From the NCBI RefSeq assembly GCF_009914755.1, contig NC_060930.1: 64,000 nt of DNA; one strand, given 5' to 3'. Both the position numbers and the translations under genes were made by a program. Under the pieces are notes generated by a model that was not told where the DNA came from, ran no database searches, and was given only the letters and a program-made list of their open reading frames with translations. Shown here one piece after another: positions 12,441 to 25,243 of this stretch; position 1 is the first letter of the stretch, and each line of letters opens with the position of its first letter. The stretch is from the human T2T-CHM13v2.0 reference genome, Homo sapiens.

Positions 12441-12858
12441 AACAGGTTTCAGGCAATCCCCAGCTTGGCCCTGTGACCATCTGACAGTGGATGCCCAGCA
12501 GGCAGGGCGGGCTCCCCTCATCATCCCGATGGGCTCTTTTACCATGAGATTAGTGGAATTGAAGGTATTTCTTTTAGATCCAACTTACAAGAGTTCTGAG
12601 AGGATTATGAGGTCCCATTTCATAGACCAAGTCTATAAAATAAAATGGTTTACTGAAATTTCAGAGACTTCAGAGCGGCAGGTGCATGTACCTGTCAAGG
12701 TTATTTAGGCAGACAGTTTCACAGACCATGGAAGGATGGGGGCTTCCAGAAAGACCACATGGCATCCCACCTGCATGATCTTAAAGTGCAGTCTGCATCT
12801 TCTGTGGGCGCCTCCCCCGGAGAAATGCTGGCACCACCGCCGTGTCTCAGAGACTCAC

Positions 12859-13086
12859 CTACAGCGATGCCGGGGTCCGAGTTGGCTGTCTGAACCAGCT
12901 CCTTGCCTTGATGGCGAATGACCCAGTTGGGATCAATTTGGGTGGTCCCTTTGGGATCCAAGGGGACCATCTGGAAGTTCCTGAAGTCTGTCTCACTGAT
13001 GGCATTGTTTTCAGGACACACATCATCAATATCTGGGATGTTGTCATTGTCAAAATCATCTTTACAAATATCACCCCGTCCATCAC
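12859..13086 (-). CDS. THBS2: THBS2 exon 18: last type-3 repeats with RGD (13070-13078), start of C-terminal domain
   Basis: [27 protein letters not shown]...NSDPGIAV; 228 nt. Confidence 0.98.
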   Translation of the reverse strand: MMDGVIFVKMILTMTTSQILMMCVLKTMPSVRQTSGTSRWSPWIPKGPPKLIPTGSFAIKARSWFRQPTRTPASL

Positions 13087-14755
13087 CTATGCACAAAGAA
13101 CAAGCAAAAACAAAAACAAAAACAAAGAAGCAAAGTCGGTGGTCGGTGGTTTGCCATTTGCTTTTCCGTGTCTGAGAAACATGAGTGCATCTTTCCCAGA
13201 ACATCTAAGACTGAGTGCTTTGCAGTGTTTTGTGGATTCGTGCTCAACAATCTCCAAAACATTTGACTTCACAGGAACCTCAACTCTTTTCACAAAATTT
13301 TTGTGATAAATACACAGCAAAGGCCAGCACAGCAAATTCACATAAAGCCATTTCTCACCGTGTTCCAAACTCAATGCTGCAGGTATAAAACCTGAATGGC
13401 TGTCAAGTAATATCAACCTGCATTTCCAGCTTTGTGTTTGGATAGTTTTCTGAATGTCTGTTATTACTTTTCTTAGTCATCCTTGCCTTTTATAGTCTAT
13501 TTGGCATTAAAGCGGAACTCACACTAAAATGGTTTTTCCTAGGGAGACATGGACTTCCGCTGTTTAGTGGGTCCTTGTCAAGTTTTCAGCGGGGTTGTGG
13601 CATGGTGGGGAGTGGGGATGAGGTGGGCCTGGTGCAAACAGGGGGACCACGAATTTGCCACATGTGTCCAGTCTATCAGTCTACGGCGATGACGATAACC
13701 TGACAGGCAGATTGCAATGTACTGAATTAGCTATCACGTGGCCTGCCGTTTTGGAGGAAAGGCAAGTTGGATTGAATATCTCATCATATTCTTCAACTAG
13801 TTTCCGTTCTGTTCAAGAACATACTCCAGCTACCACGTGGCAGGCACATAGTTGGTATCAGGGCATTCTGAAATGCTGAAATGCTGCTCTGCCTATCAGC
13901 TTCTCTCTGTCCCAGTCCCTCCCTGGGGAAAGGCTGCATGGGGAGCAAGCCCCTGCATGCCCGAACACGGAGTCCAGATGAGGCTTGCTGTGCTCACTCC
14001 ATCCCTTCATGCTGCTCGGGGAGAACACAGGAGCTGCCCTTCTGATCCCAGCATCTCCCACGTACTTCTGAGTCATGCTGTCTCAGATGCCCCTCAAGTC
14101 CTTATCTCCCTCTGTCAAGGACGTGGCTTCCAAAGAGAGCCTGTGTCAGCCAGGCCCCACTCCAAGTGAGGGCCACTTTCTCACAGCCTCCCCGGAAGCC
14201 CCAGAGCACAGCTGTGCCCTTGTTTATTACTCAGGGACGCTGACTTAGAGGACTGCAGCCCATCCAGCTCCTTCCTTGGGCCCCCGTGGCTATGGGCCAC
14301 CTATTCATGCTCACTGCTGAGCAAAGCAGCTCTTCCTCTCATGCTTCACACTCGTGCCACTTTTGTTGGCTTTGCTTTCAAAAAAATCCTCCTTGTCCCC
14401 TGCCTGGCCCCATACACCAAATTCCCAATTCATCCTACGTTCGTAACCCGCATTCTTTCTAGGAGATCGTCAACAATCTGGAAGTTATATGGAGGCAGGG
14501 ATTTCTCCTCCTCCCGACGTGCACACACACTTGAGGCAGCACACCTGTTGAAGGGCACACACACAGCCAAGAATGTGTTGAGTGTCAGGGGAGAAGAAAC
14601 TCATATTGCATGGACCCACAGCTTTAAGAGGCCCAAAGTCATTGCCCTTTTTCCAGCAGCAGATTTAAGATGATCTCCGTGCATACATATCTCTGCCCTG
14701 GCGGGTTGCTCAGAAGCCATTTTCCTCCACGCCCATGAGCTGAGAGAGCACCCAC

Positions 14756-14990
14756 CGTCCAAGTCCTCCTGGTCTGGGTTGAACACAAGCCGGCAGTTGT
14801 CCCTGTCATCGGGGACGCCATCGTTGTCATCATCAGGGTCACAGGCGTCGCCCTGGCCGTCTCTGTCATGGTCAGCCTGGTTGGCGTTGGAGATGTAGGG
14901 GCAGTTGTCCTGGTTGTTCTGGTGGCCGTCGTCATCTATGTCCTCGTTGTTGTCACACTGGTCCCCAACAAGGTCATTGTCCACGTCGGT
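14756..14990 (-). CDS. THBS2: THBS2 exon 17: type-3 repeats
   Basis: [32 protein letters not shown]...DQEDLD; 235 nt. Confidence 0.98.
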
Positions 14991-15638
14991 CTAGGGGATG
15001 GGGCGTGAGAGAAACAGCAGAGGACTGCCAGTTTGAGGAGGTGGAGAGGAACCAGCAGGACGCAAGCCTGAGAGCCGGCCTCCTCGTCCTGCAGCACAAG
15101 CCCCAGGGCCACGCAGGGGCGGCTGGCCCGAGGTCACACTGACCCTGACGTCAGGACAAGCACTGGGGCCAGGCCTCTCGGTCCAGGAATCTCTCCACCC
15201 TCTGCCACCTCTCCACAGTAATTCACTTCACTAAAGGAAGATGTGCTTCTTCGCTGGAAAAGCATGAACTACCAGGTAATTATGTCTCTTTTTTACACCA
15301 TTTGCGCCATTTACACCATTTACATCATAGGATAATATATCCTATGAGCTGCATCAAGATAACTGTCCTCCCTTGTCTCTTTCAAACGCAAACCTGGAAA
15401 TGAAGCCAATTCCTATGTTGGCATCAGGAAAATGGGGAGAGAATTCTGTGAAGACACAACCTCGCTCCAGCTGATGAGGTGAAGGCGTCTATTCATTTGG
15501 CCTGTGGCCACTGAGATACAAGAATAGTGCTGAGATTTGAGTTGAATAAATGTTTTCAATTGAAATCATTGAAAACTCCATGTTATCCTGTCTTTGTGGA
15601 GCTCATGGAAAACTCCCAAGGCCCCATGGAGGGGACTG

Positions 15639-15862
15639 ATGAGGACCTGAGACCCGCCTGCCCATGGCTGCCCTCATCTGGTCAGGGTTGTGCACCAGGG
15701 GCAGTTGTCACAGTGATCCCCCACACCGCCACCGTCCCCGCGTCCCTCTGATGAGGACCTCCAACCCCGCCTGTCTGCGGCTGCCCTCACCTGGTCAGGG
15801 TTGTGCACCAGGGGGCAGTTGTCACAGTGATCCCCCACACCGTCACCATCCGTGTCCCTCTG
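15639..15862. repeat. 112-bp tandem duplication spanning the exon 16 3' half and its donor
   Basis: 15639-15750 aligns with 15751-15862. Confidence 0.92.
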
Positions 15863-15909
15863 GTCAGTGTTGTAGACGTAGGGACAATTGTCTCGTTCAT
15901 TGAAGACAT
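15791..15909 (-). CDS. THBS2: THBS2 exon 16: type-3 repeats
   Basis: [40 protein letters not shown]; 119 nt; donor CAG|GTGAGG. Confidence 0.97.
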
Positions 15910-17352
15910 CTGTAAGTGTTTAAAGGGGGAAGAAAACAAAAACAAACCAGAAGGACAGGTGAGTTTAGAAAAAGCACATTGTTTTTCCTATCACACGAAA
16001 TTGCTTACAGCCACACTTCTATTTAATTATAATAAAAAGACGCCTAAGAATATAGTAAAATATAAAGACTATTAGATTTTAGAAGAACATATGACATATT
16101 TCATTACAGTTCAAATACCTTTCATTTGAAATAGAACCAACTTTTGGAGATTTCTGGGTAATGTTGCAGGAGGGGTAGTTGAATGTGCTGTCGCCGTGTA
16201 AATCTGAGCTTGCTAAATTGCTTATTTCTCCCTAATACCCACTTGGAAAGTATGTGTTGAGTTCCCAGGAGTTTATCATCCATGCACATGAGTAGGAAAA
16301 AAACAATGGCAGAGAGTGGCAGGGTTTTTAGATGTCATATCTTATCTTAAGAAATCTGAAAGTGATGAGTTGCATTGATACTGAAGTTACAAAAATATAA
16401 ACTAGCACTGAACTAAACAATACCATCAGTGACAGTGTCACAAATGACAGAGCAAAATGTTACACGGCAGCGAGTCCACAGGAAGAGCCAGAACTGAGCT
16501 GAGACGCTCGCCTTGCTTTGGTCAGGTGAGGTCTGGAGAAGGGAAGTAAGGAACACCTAAAAAATAAAAATGGAAGGGACTGGAGCTTGAGATCTGCATC
16601 CAGCACATCACAGACGCCATCCTGGATGGGGAGCCGAGGAGCCCCCTGGCCACCACGAGCCCTCAGACAGCAACCCACCACATTCCCAGAGAACGAGAGG
16701 AGGGTGGAGGCAGAAATCAGTGGAAAAGATCAGACTGAGAAACCCGCTGTGAGACAGAACAGCAGGTTGGGGTGGCTCAGAAAGGGGGTGGCTGGCGCCG
16801 GGCTGGGAAGAGGACCCCACGAGGCGAAGTGTGGAGGAGCTGGGGCCGAGCTCCAGCGTGGAGGCGAGCCTGCCCCCAGCTCTTGCTGGTTCTACAGAAG
16901 CACTCGCCTGGTCTCCAGGCACCCCAAGAGAAGGGATGACCATGCGGTGACAGTGGCACTGGGTTGCAGAGCTCGCTTACCAAGGCCAGCGAACTCTCCG
17001 GATAAAGCAGCAACCGGGATCAGTGGCAGAGGTAACCACAATACACCCATGTTATTCTAACTCCTAGAAGCTCAGTTTGATGAAAACATGAAATGGCTTC
17101 TTGGAATTTTTGAATGAAGGGTGAACATTAGAAAAGATGCCATGAAGAAGCACGAGGCCCAGGACTGCAAGGCTGGGGTCAGAGAGAGGAGGATACCAAA
17201 TGCATAGCTTTCTCTAGGGCGGTCCTGTGGCTGGTGTCCCCTGACCTTCAGGAAAAGGCAAGGCAGAATAAGCATGGGTCCCTATGGGAATAACTGAATG
17301 AATCATTTAATCTTATAGTAGTGTAAAAATGAAAGGAGCTTATCAAAATTCA

Positions 17353-17700
<348 letters not shown>

Positions 17701-17732
17701 GTGCACGCATGGGAAGGAGCAGAAGCACCCAC

Positions 17733-17892
17733 CGTCCCCATCAATGTCCACGGAGCAGGCGTCACCCTCTCCATTGTTGTCTGTGTCGATCTGGGCAGGG
17801 TTGTGCACGTAAGGGCAGTTGTCACAGCGGTCCCCAACCTCATCCTTGTCATAGTCAGCCTGGCGGGGATTGAAGAGGAGCTGGCAGTTGTC
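17733..17892 (-). CDS. THBS2: THBS2 exon 15: type-3 repeats
   Basis: [34 protein letters not shown]...; 160 nt. Confidence 0.98.
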
Positions 17893-18026
17893 CTGGAAAA
17901 CCAAGAAAGGGAAGACTTTAACGAAGATCATAGGAATGTGTGTCGGGCCGTTTAGCACTTATAAGTTATGTACTCAAGGTTGATGAAAATCAATATAGAA
18001 ATCAAACAAACACAAAAGCCAGTTAG

Positions 18027-18534
18027 GGCTGGACAGTGGCTCACACCTTTAATCACAGCTGGGCACTGTGGCTCACACCTGTAATCCCAGCACTTCAAAA
18101 AGCCAGTCAGGGCAGGGCACGGAGGCTCACACCTTTAATCCCAGCACTATGGGAGGCTGAGGCGGGCGGATCACCTGAGGTCAGGAGTTCAAGACCAGGG
18201 CCGGGCGCAGTGGCTCACACCTTTAATCCCAGTGCTTTAAAAAGCCAGTTAGGCCCGGGCACAGTGGCTCACACCATTAATCCCAGCACTTTGGGAGGCC
18301 AAGGCAGGCGGGTCACCTGAGGTCAGGAGTTCGAGACCAGCCTGGCCAACATGGTGAAACCCCATCTCTCCTAAAAATACAAAAATGAGCCGGGCGTGGT
18401 GGTGTGCGCCTGTAATGCCAGTTACTCAGGAGACTGAGGCAAGAGAATCGCTTGAACCCAGAAGATGGAGATTGCAGTGAGCCAAGATCATGCCATTGCA
18501 CTCAAGCCTGAGCGACCAAAAAAAAAAAAAAAAA
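18027..18534 (+). mobile_element. AluS with tandemly reiterated 5' ends
   Basis: Alu starts at ~18027, 18058, 18111, 18199 and 18252; only the last is near full length. Confidence 0.9.
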
Positions 18535-19182
18535 GAGTTAGCCCTCGCCAAACACTTTTTCCATATCAAATCATTTTATCATTATTTATGCATCTGTCTT
18601 TTGTTGAAAATTTGTAGATTGCTAAGGCAAAAATGGTATATCATACACTTCATGGTGAGGAGAGATATGTAAATATCAAATAAATGAATGGATTAGTGAG
18701 TCAATGTCTCCCATCAAAGTCAGATGTAAAAAAGCAGTGAGTAAAATCTTGATCTATTCTTGCTAGAGCTGTTTTGTGTACAAATACATTAAACCATTTG
18801 TGTTTGCAGCAATTTTCTTAGAAAAATGGTAATATTTTAAATGTTGCCATAAAGGCAAGTCTATCACTCATGGTGGTGTCAGCCTTGCCCATCACTGGCT
18901 CCTCAGCAGAAGGAGAGGAGGTCTTCTATTTTTTTGCAGTTAAAATAGAAAAAATTATTCAAAACATTTCCGGCAGCACACCCTGGGCAGCCCCATGCAC
19001 TGAGGTAAAATCCGCTTTTGCAAAGGACTGTCTTTATAGTGACCTTTGGGAACTGCCTATGCACAAACGCTTGCAGGACAATGGCAGTTACGTTGACAAG
19101 GGCTGTTTGGTATAAAGTGGCCTCCTGTGGACCTCGCTGCTCCTGGAACCCAGGGCAGGTGCGCGGCACAAGCTGCTCCTAC

Positions 19183-19290
19183 CTTCTCATCGGTCACACC
19201 GTCATTGTCATCGTCATCATCACAGGCATCGCCAATCCCGTCCTTGTCAAAGTCTTCCTGCCCAGAATTTGGCAGATGGGGGCAGTTATC
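19183..19290 (-). CDS. THBS2: THBS2 exon 14: type-3 calcium-binding repeats
   Basis: [36 protein letters not shown]; 108 nt. Confidence 0.98.
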
Positions 19291-20650
19291 CTGCAATTGG
19301 AGAAGGAAGAATACTTGGAAAAACATTTAGGAAAGCGCCTCTTTCAGGAATGCAGGTGAAATGAAACCAGCATGGCGCCGAGGAAGGAAGCGTGCCCCAT
19401 CAGTCCTCGATCTCAAGCGGGAGCTGAGAGAGGAGCCAGGAGGCCAGAAGCGCATGAATTTCTTCTCAACTCCTGCCCTGGAAATTATGTCACCACTACT
19501 CACGAGGGAGACAAAAGAAACTTGTGTTCGGAGCCCAGAATCCCAGTGAGGTTGCCAAACAACTGCAGAAACAAGAAGAGAATGACAAGGTATTGCTCTG
19601 AGAGAACATGGGAGAGAAAAGAGGCTTTAGTGGTGCTTTCCTTCCCACAGACTTCAGCTCATAAATCAAAATGCCAAAGCTTATAAACGTTTAACCCTCA
19701 CCAGTCAAAAAATCTCAAAGAAAAGAGTCTTTCAAATATGTATGTGATATGTTCAGAAACCAGGGCTGAGAACTTGAAATTATCTGCTAACTCAGCTTTT
19801 CACGGTGAGTGGGTAATGCATGTAATTGGGCAAAAACTCCTTTCATTTCAGTCCAGTTATACCATAATTTAAAGCTGAGCTGTGCAGACACTAACAACTT
19901 GAGGGAATTGGAAATCCAGGAAAAGGTAGAGAGTAGCGTGTCCGTTTCAGTTTCAGTACAAGAGCCCCAAGGGTGTGTCATCCCCGTGGCTCAAAGCACA
20001 TCACTCGTTGAATCAGAAGACAGAACCTGGGGTCTTGTGCTGGAGCCCAGAGTTTCAGCACTTACAGATTAAGAAAGGAGAGCATGTTGCTTGTCATGGA
20101 GGACACGGATCCCAGACGGGGGCCCCTGGCAATGGGGAGGATCCAGCACCTGTGTGTCGGGTTAATATGGGAACGGGCACAGGGGTCCCTTGTCAAGTCT
20201 CACTTTTAAATCCTTTTGTGTATGTGTATATATACATATAACTTTGCAAATTATATACCATTTTCGAAGTTATTAAATTTCCATCTAAAATTCCACAATG
20301 ATGGAAAGAATAATCGGGATATCTTCTAGCAGCACGGACTCAGCTGCAGCTGACCTTCTGAAATCAGGGGCTTCAAGAAGGGTAGGCTGGGTAGCCAAGG
20401 GGTGTAACATAGGTTGGGATCAGTGCCTCGTTGATTTTAAAACATACTCATATTTTGTTTCAGTGAGTATTTGGCATCTTTAATCAAGCGGGACTGACAG
20501 AGAAAATTAACACAAAATTTGCAAGAATGATTAAATATTAAATAAATGAATATATTTATATTTTCAAATGATATTTTGTGTCAGTTTGTGGCATTTCCAT
20601 GTCTGACCTTCTTAAGGCATAAAACTGCACTAAAACATTTTGGGGCACCC

Positions 20651-21114
20651 TGTGCGGTGGACTGAGTGGCAGTCCCCACGATGGATGTCCGCGTCCTAGT
20701 GTCTTGGCGCCCGGGGATGTCACCTGATATGGCTGAAGTGAATTTCATCTTGTATGGTAACAAGTGGAATTAGGTCAAGGACATTGAACAGTGAGGCTCA
20801 TCCTGGATTATCTGGGTGGGCCCTAAATACAACCACAGGTGTTCTTATCAAAGAGAGGCAGAGGAAGTTTCCGGAGAGAAAGGCACTGGAGAAAGTGGTG
20901 TGAAGCCGACCAGAGGTCAGGGCCATGCAGCCACCAGCGCCAGAAGCCCAGCGACGCCTGAGCCAGAGAAGCTGGGAGAAGCAGAGGGAGCACGGCCCCG
21001 CTAGCACCTTGACGTTGTGTTTCAGGCCTCCAGAGCTGTGAGATAACAGATTCCTGTTGTTGTGAGCCTCCCGGGCCGTGGTGTTCGTTCCAGCGGCCAC
21101 AGGAAAGCAGTCCA
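20651..21114 (+). mobile_element. MLT1-family (ERVL-MaLR) solo LTR
   Basis: ATCCTGGATTATCTGGGTGGGCCCTAAAT...GGCCTCCAGAGCTGTGAGATAA...CAGCGGCCACAGGAAA. Confidence 0.8.
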
Positions 21115-21590
21115 GCCTGGGATGGGCCCCGAAGGAGCTCCTTCTTCCAGCTGAGCAGCTCCTTATACTGCAACACGCTTGGGCTTTGGGAAGAAAACCA
21201 TGTCCTAACTCTTTCCAAGTGACATAGCCTGGCCAGACCTGCCTGAGACACAATGGCCTCTGCACAGCCTGGAGCCGAGCGTGGAGCCGGCGTCCTCCCT
21301 CTGCTCAGTTTCAGGCGTTAACGATGCGCGCAATTGCAAATATGGGCCGACGTGCCCGAGGTTCTCTGTGCCCAGCAGTGGGCGGCGCCAGAGTGTGCCT
21401 GTGTCTACTAAGGACCTCCAGAGAGGGGACCAGGGGGATGCATTCAACCTGGTGATCAGGCAAGAGGCCTGAGAGACCCTCCTTCCAAATTCCCTGTGCT
21501 GCCCCCGCCCCCCGTCCGCGTAGCGTCCCCGGCGCCAGGAGGAGGGCTGACCGCCGTGGCCCCGTGTGCCCTGCGAGCCCCGCGCCTCAC

Positions 21591-21809
21591 CTTGATGCAG
21601 TGGTAGGTGGCGTTGGTGGCGCAGACCAGATTGAGGTTGGGCCAGCCGTCCAGGTCCGAGTCCTCCCCGCAGATGAGCCCGTCGCCCGCGTAGCCTGTCT
21701 GGCACTCGCACTTGTACATGGGGTCGCTGAAGTGGCCCAGGTAGATGCACTCCGCGTGCTTGTGGCAGTTGTGTGTCTTGTCCTTGCATGGGTTTTCGGG
21801 CTCACACAC
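21591..21809 (-). CDS. THBS2: THBS2 exon 13: EGF-like 3 and start of calcium wire
   Basis: [21 protein letters not shown]...ATYHCIK; 219 nt. Confidence 0.98.
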
Positions 21810-22274
21810 CTACGGGGAGAAGGGCTGCGGGGTTAGCGACAGGCAGGACGATGGCTCCGGAGGCGTCGAGGCGGGGCGTCGGGCACCGCAGGCCCCAGCA
21901 GGTCCGGTCCCAAGCGGACCCAAGTCCTGAAGTGGGAAGGGCTTTCTGGACACGCACTTGAGGTGCTGTTCGTTCCTGAGGCTCCGTTTGTGACTCAGCC
22001 ATCGTTTCTGAGCCTCGGCTGCAGCTCACCAAGGGCTGCGCTAACAGCGGAGAGGTGGCGGCCTGACCCTCACAGGCCCGGCTGAGCACGCCCCGCACCC
22101 CGCGCGGAGAGCAGCGGCCCAGCCGAGCAGGTGCTCAGCTTCCCCGGGCCAGCCCCTCCCATGCCTCTCCCGGGCCACGCCACCCCTTCCTCTCCTTCCT
22201 CCTGCTGCTTTTCTGAGCTCATCTGATTTTTCCAAAGCCGCTCGCAACACACAAGGAAGGCCGGCCTTGCGTAC

Positions 22275-22427
22275 TTGCTTTTCCGTCTTGGCTGCTTCCA
22301 GGCCGACCCCGACGGGCTGGTTCCCTCTGTATCGGGGCGGGCAGGGCAGGCAGTGGAAGCCAGGCTGAGTGTTGACACAGCGAGGCACCTTGCTGGTGGA
22401 GAAGCAGATGTCGGGGACCAGGGCACA
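22275..22427 (-). CDS. THBS2: THBS2 exon 12: EGF-like 2
   Basis: CALVPDICFSTSKVPRCVNTQPGFHCLPCPPRYRG...KTEKQ; 153 nt. Confidence 0.97.
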
Positions 22428-22500
22428 CTGCGGGGACAAGCAGACATGAGAGGCCGCTCCCGACCTCAGGGCGCCCACAGCCCAGGGCGGGGTCACCCAC

Positions 22501-22628
22501 CTCGTCCAGGTCCTCACAGTGGGTGCCATTGCCCAAGAAGCCCACAGGGCAGGAGCCGCATGACCAGGACCCATCGGGGAAGCTGCTGCACTGGGCTCCC
22601 GGGAAGCAGGGGTTGGATAAACAGCCAT
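22501..22628 (-). CDS. THBS2: THBS2 exon 11: EGF-like 1
   Basis: DGCLSNPCFPGAQCSSFPDGSWSCGSCPVGFLGNGTHCEDLDE; 128 nt. Confidence 0.97.
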
Positions 22629-22849
22629 CTGGGTGGGAGAAGGCGGAGCAGAGTTCACCACGCGCCCTGCGCAGCACAGAAGGAAGCCCGCCCTGTGGGC
22701 CGTCAAACACTCTGGGATGTCTTTGTCATCGAATTGTGTAGTCAGGAACACTCTGGTGTGATTCTGGATGATCATCAAGAGGCATCATCTCCAAGACCGC
22801 ATTGCTCAGGTGGACACAGTGCAGCGGGTTGCAGAAGCACGTGTACATT

Positions 22850-24150
22850 ACGACTACACGCCACGGGCCACACCACACAACTACCCACACGCCACCTTCC
22901 ACAACACACAACTGCCTACGCACCAGGTTCCACAACACACAACTACATGTCAGGTGCCACACCACAAACCTACCTACGCGCCACGTTCCGGATCACACAA
23001 CTACCCACGTGCCACCTTCCACACTACACAACTACCCACACACCATGTTCCAGACCATACAACTACCACGTGCCACCTTCCAGACCACACAACTGCCCAT
23101 GCACCACCTTCCACAACACACAACTACACCCCAGGTGCCACACTGCACAACTACCTATGCACCACATTCCAGACCACACAACTACCCATGCGTCACTTTC
23201 CACACCACACAAATACCTACGTGCCATGTTCCAGACCACACAGCTGCCCACGCACCACCTTCCACAACACACAACTACACCCCAGGTGCCACACCACACA
23301 ACTACCTATGTGCCACGTTCCAGACCACACAACTACCCACACGCCACCTTCCACACTACACAACTACCTACACACCATGTTCCAGACCACACAACTACCA
23401 TGTGCCACATTCCAGACCACACAACTGCCCACGCACCACCTTCCACAACACACAACTGCCCACACGTCAGGTGCTATACCACACAACTACCTACATGCCA
23501 CATTCTAGACCACACAACTACCCATGTACCATGTTCCAGACCATACAACTGCCCACGCACCACCTTCTACAACACATAACTACATGCAAGGTGACACACC
23601 ACACTACTACCTACATGCCACGTTCCAGACCACACAACTACCATGTGTCACATTTCACACCACACCGCTGCCCATGCACCATGTTCCACACCGCACAACT
23701 ACCTACACACCATGTTTCACAACACACAGCTACTCACATGCCACGTTTCACACTACACAACTACATATTCCAGACCACACAACCACCCAGATGCCACAGT
23801 CCACACCACACAACCACCCAGATGCCACAGTCCACACCATGCAACTACCCACACACCATGTTCCATACCACACAACTATCTACATGCTATGTTCCCAGCC
23901 ACACAACTACCCACATGCCACAGGCCACACCACACAACTACCCACACACATTCCACACCACACAACTACCCACACTCCACATTCCATGCCACACAACTAC
24001 CCACACACCACATACCATGCCACACAACTGCCCACATTCCACAGGCCACGCCACACAACTACCCACATTCCACAGGCCACACCACACAATTACCCACACA
24101 CCACATTCCACGCCACACAACTACCCACATTCCACAGGCCACGCCACCTG
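22850..24150 (+). repeat. Degenerate ~30-bp CA-rich minisatellite (CCACACAACTACC...), intron 10
   Basis: Recurring CACACAACTACC core; source of the HTT-rich pseudo-ORFs. Confidence 0.95.
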
Positions 24151-24341
24151 GCATCTTTTTTGTTTTTACATTAGAAATACAGGAGGACTGAAACACAGAT
24201 GTTAAAAGTAGTTATCTTTGCGTGTGCAACTAAAATTGATTTTTCTTTTCTGTGTTTTTCATCTAGTTTCCCAAAGCGTTTGTGCTTTTCATCAGAATGG
24301 AAGCCCGGGTTTCAGTGCCCCTGCTTCTACCCCTCACTCAC

Positions 24342-24515
24342 CCACGGGGCAGCTCCTCTTGTTGCACATCTGACGCTCCTGCACATCCCCCACGCAGGCC
24401 TTCCCTCCGTACTGAGGCTCAGGGCTGTTGCAGACCCGGGTGCGCTCCCGGATCCCACCGGCACAGGTGACAGTGCAGGCCGACCACGGGGACCAGGGGC
24501 TCCAGCGGCCATCGA
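24342..24515 (-). CDS. THBS2: THBS2 exon 10: TSR 3
   Basis: [31 protein letters not shown]; 174 nt, phase 1-1. Confidence 0.98.
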
Positions 24516-24799
24516 CTGCGGGAAAAGCCAACCGGGGGAGCTCAGAGCAAGACCCGGGGTGGAGAACGTGAGTTGGCTGAGTGAGAGGGAAGAGCAGGTG
24601 GGACATGGTGTTCCCTACACAGCCCCACAAACTGGTTTCTCCCCAGGTTGGCTGACTACAGGTCAGAGCGTGATCGCACCACTACGCCTGCTGCAATGGT
24701 GGATTCCGGGAGTGACGCAGAAGCCAGTGTTTCCAATGGCTTTGCTGCGATCTCTTGGCCTCCAGAAGACAAATCATACCACCTCTTCTTTTTAATAAA

Positions 24800-24928
24800 A
24801 GAATTTTTTTAATAGAGAGGGTCTCGCTATGTTGCCCAGGCTGCTCTCAAACTCCTGGCCTCAAGCAATCCTCCTGCCCCAGCCTCCCACAGTGCTGGGA
24901 TTACAGGCATGAGCCACCGTGCCCGGCC
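24800..24928 (-). mobile_element. FLAM/Alu left monomer
   Basis: AGGGTCTCGCTATGTTGCCCAGGCTG...GAGCCACCGTGCCCGGCC. Confidence 0.9.
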
Positions 24929-25243
24929 CCACACCACCATTTACACCGAGAAGCTCAGAGCTCCTCGCCAAGCTGTCCCTCTGCCATGGAGGGTGGCCTC
25001 AACTCAGAAGCCTGGTATGACACCGAATGTCCTCACAGGCAGTTCCCATGAGGCGTGAGCACAGCTGAAGGCAATCCCTGCACACCCTCTTTTTCTCAGC
25101 ACATCCATGCACTTCCCGAGCCAGGCCTCCCTGGGGAAGCCCTTGATGCTTTGGGCCAAGCGCTCTGTAACTCACACCCTAGTCTGCACAGACGCAGGGA
25201 AAGGCTATTTCAGAGAGACACAGTTCTGTGCATCTGCGGCATC

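Larger units (their letters stand above)
21280..22560. promoter_or_regulatory. Intragenic CpG-rich island over exons 11-13
   Basis: Many CpGs in intronic as well as exonic sequence. Confidence 0.55.
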
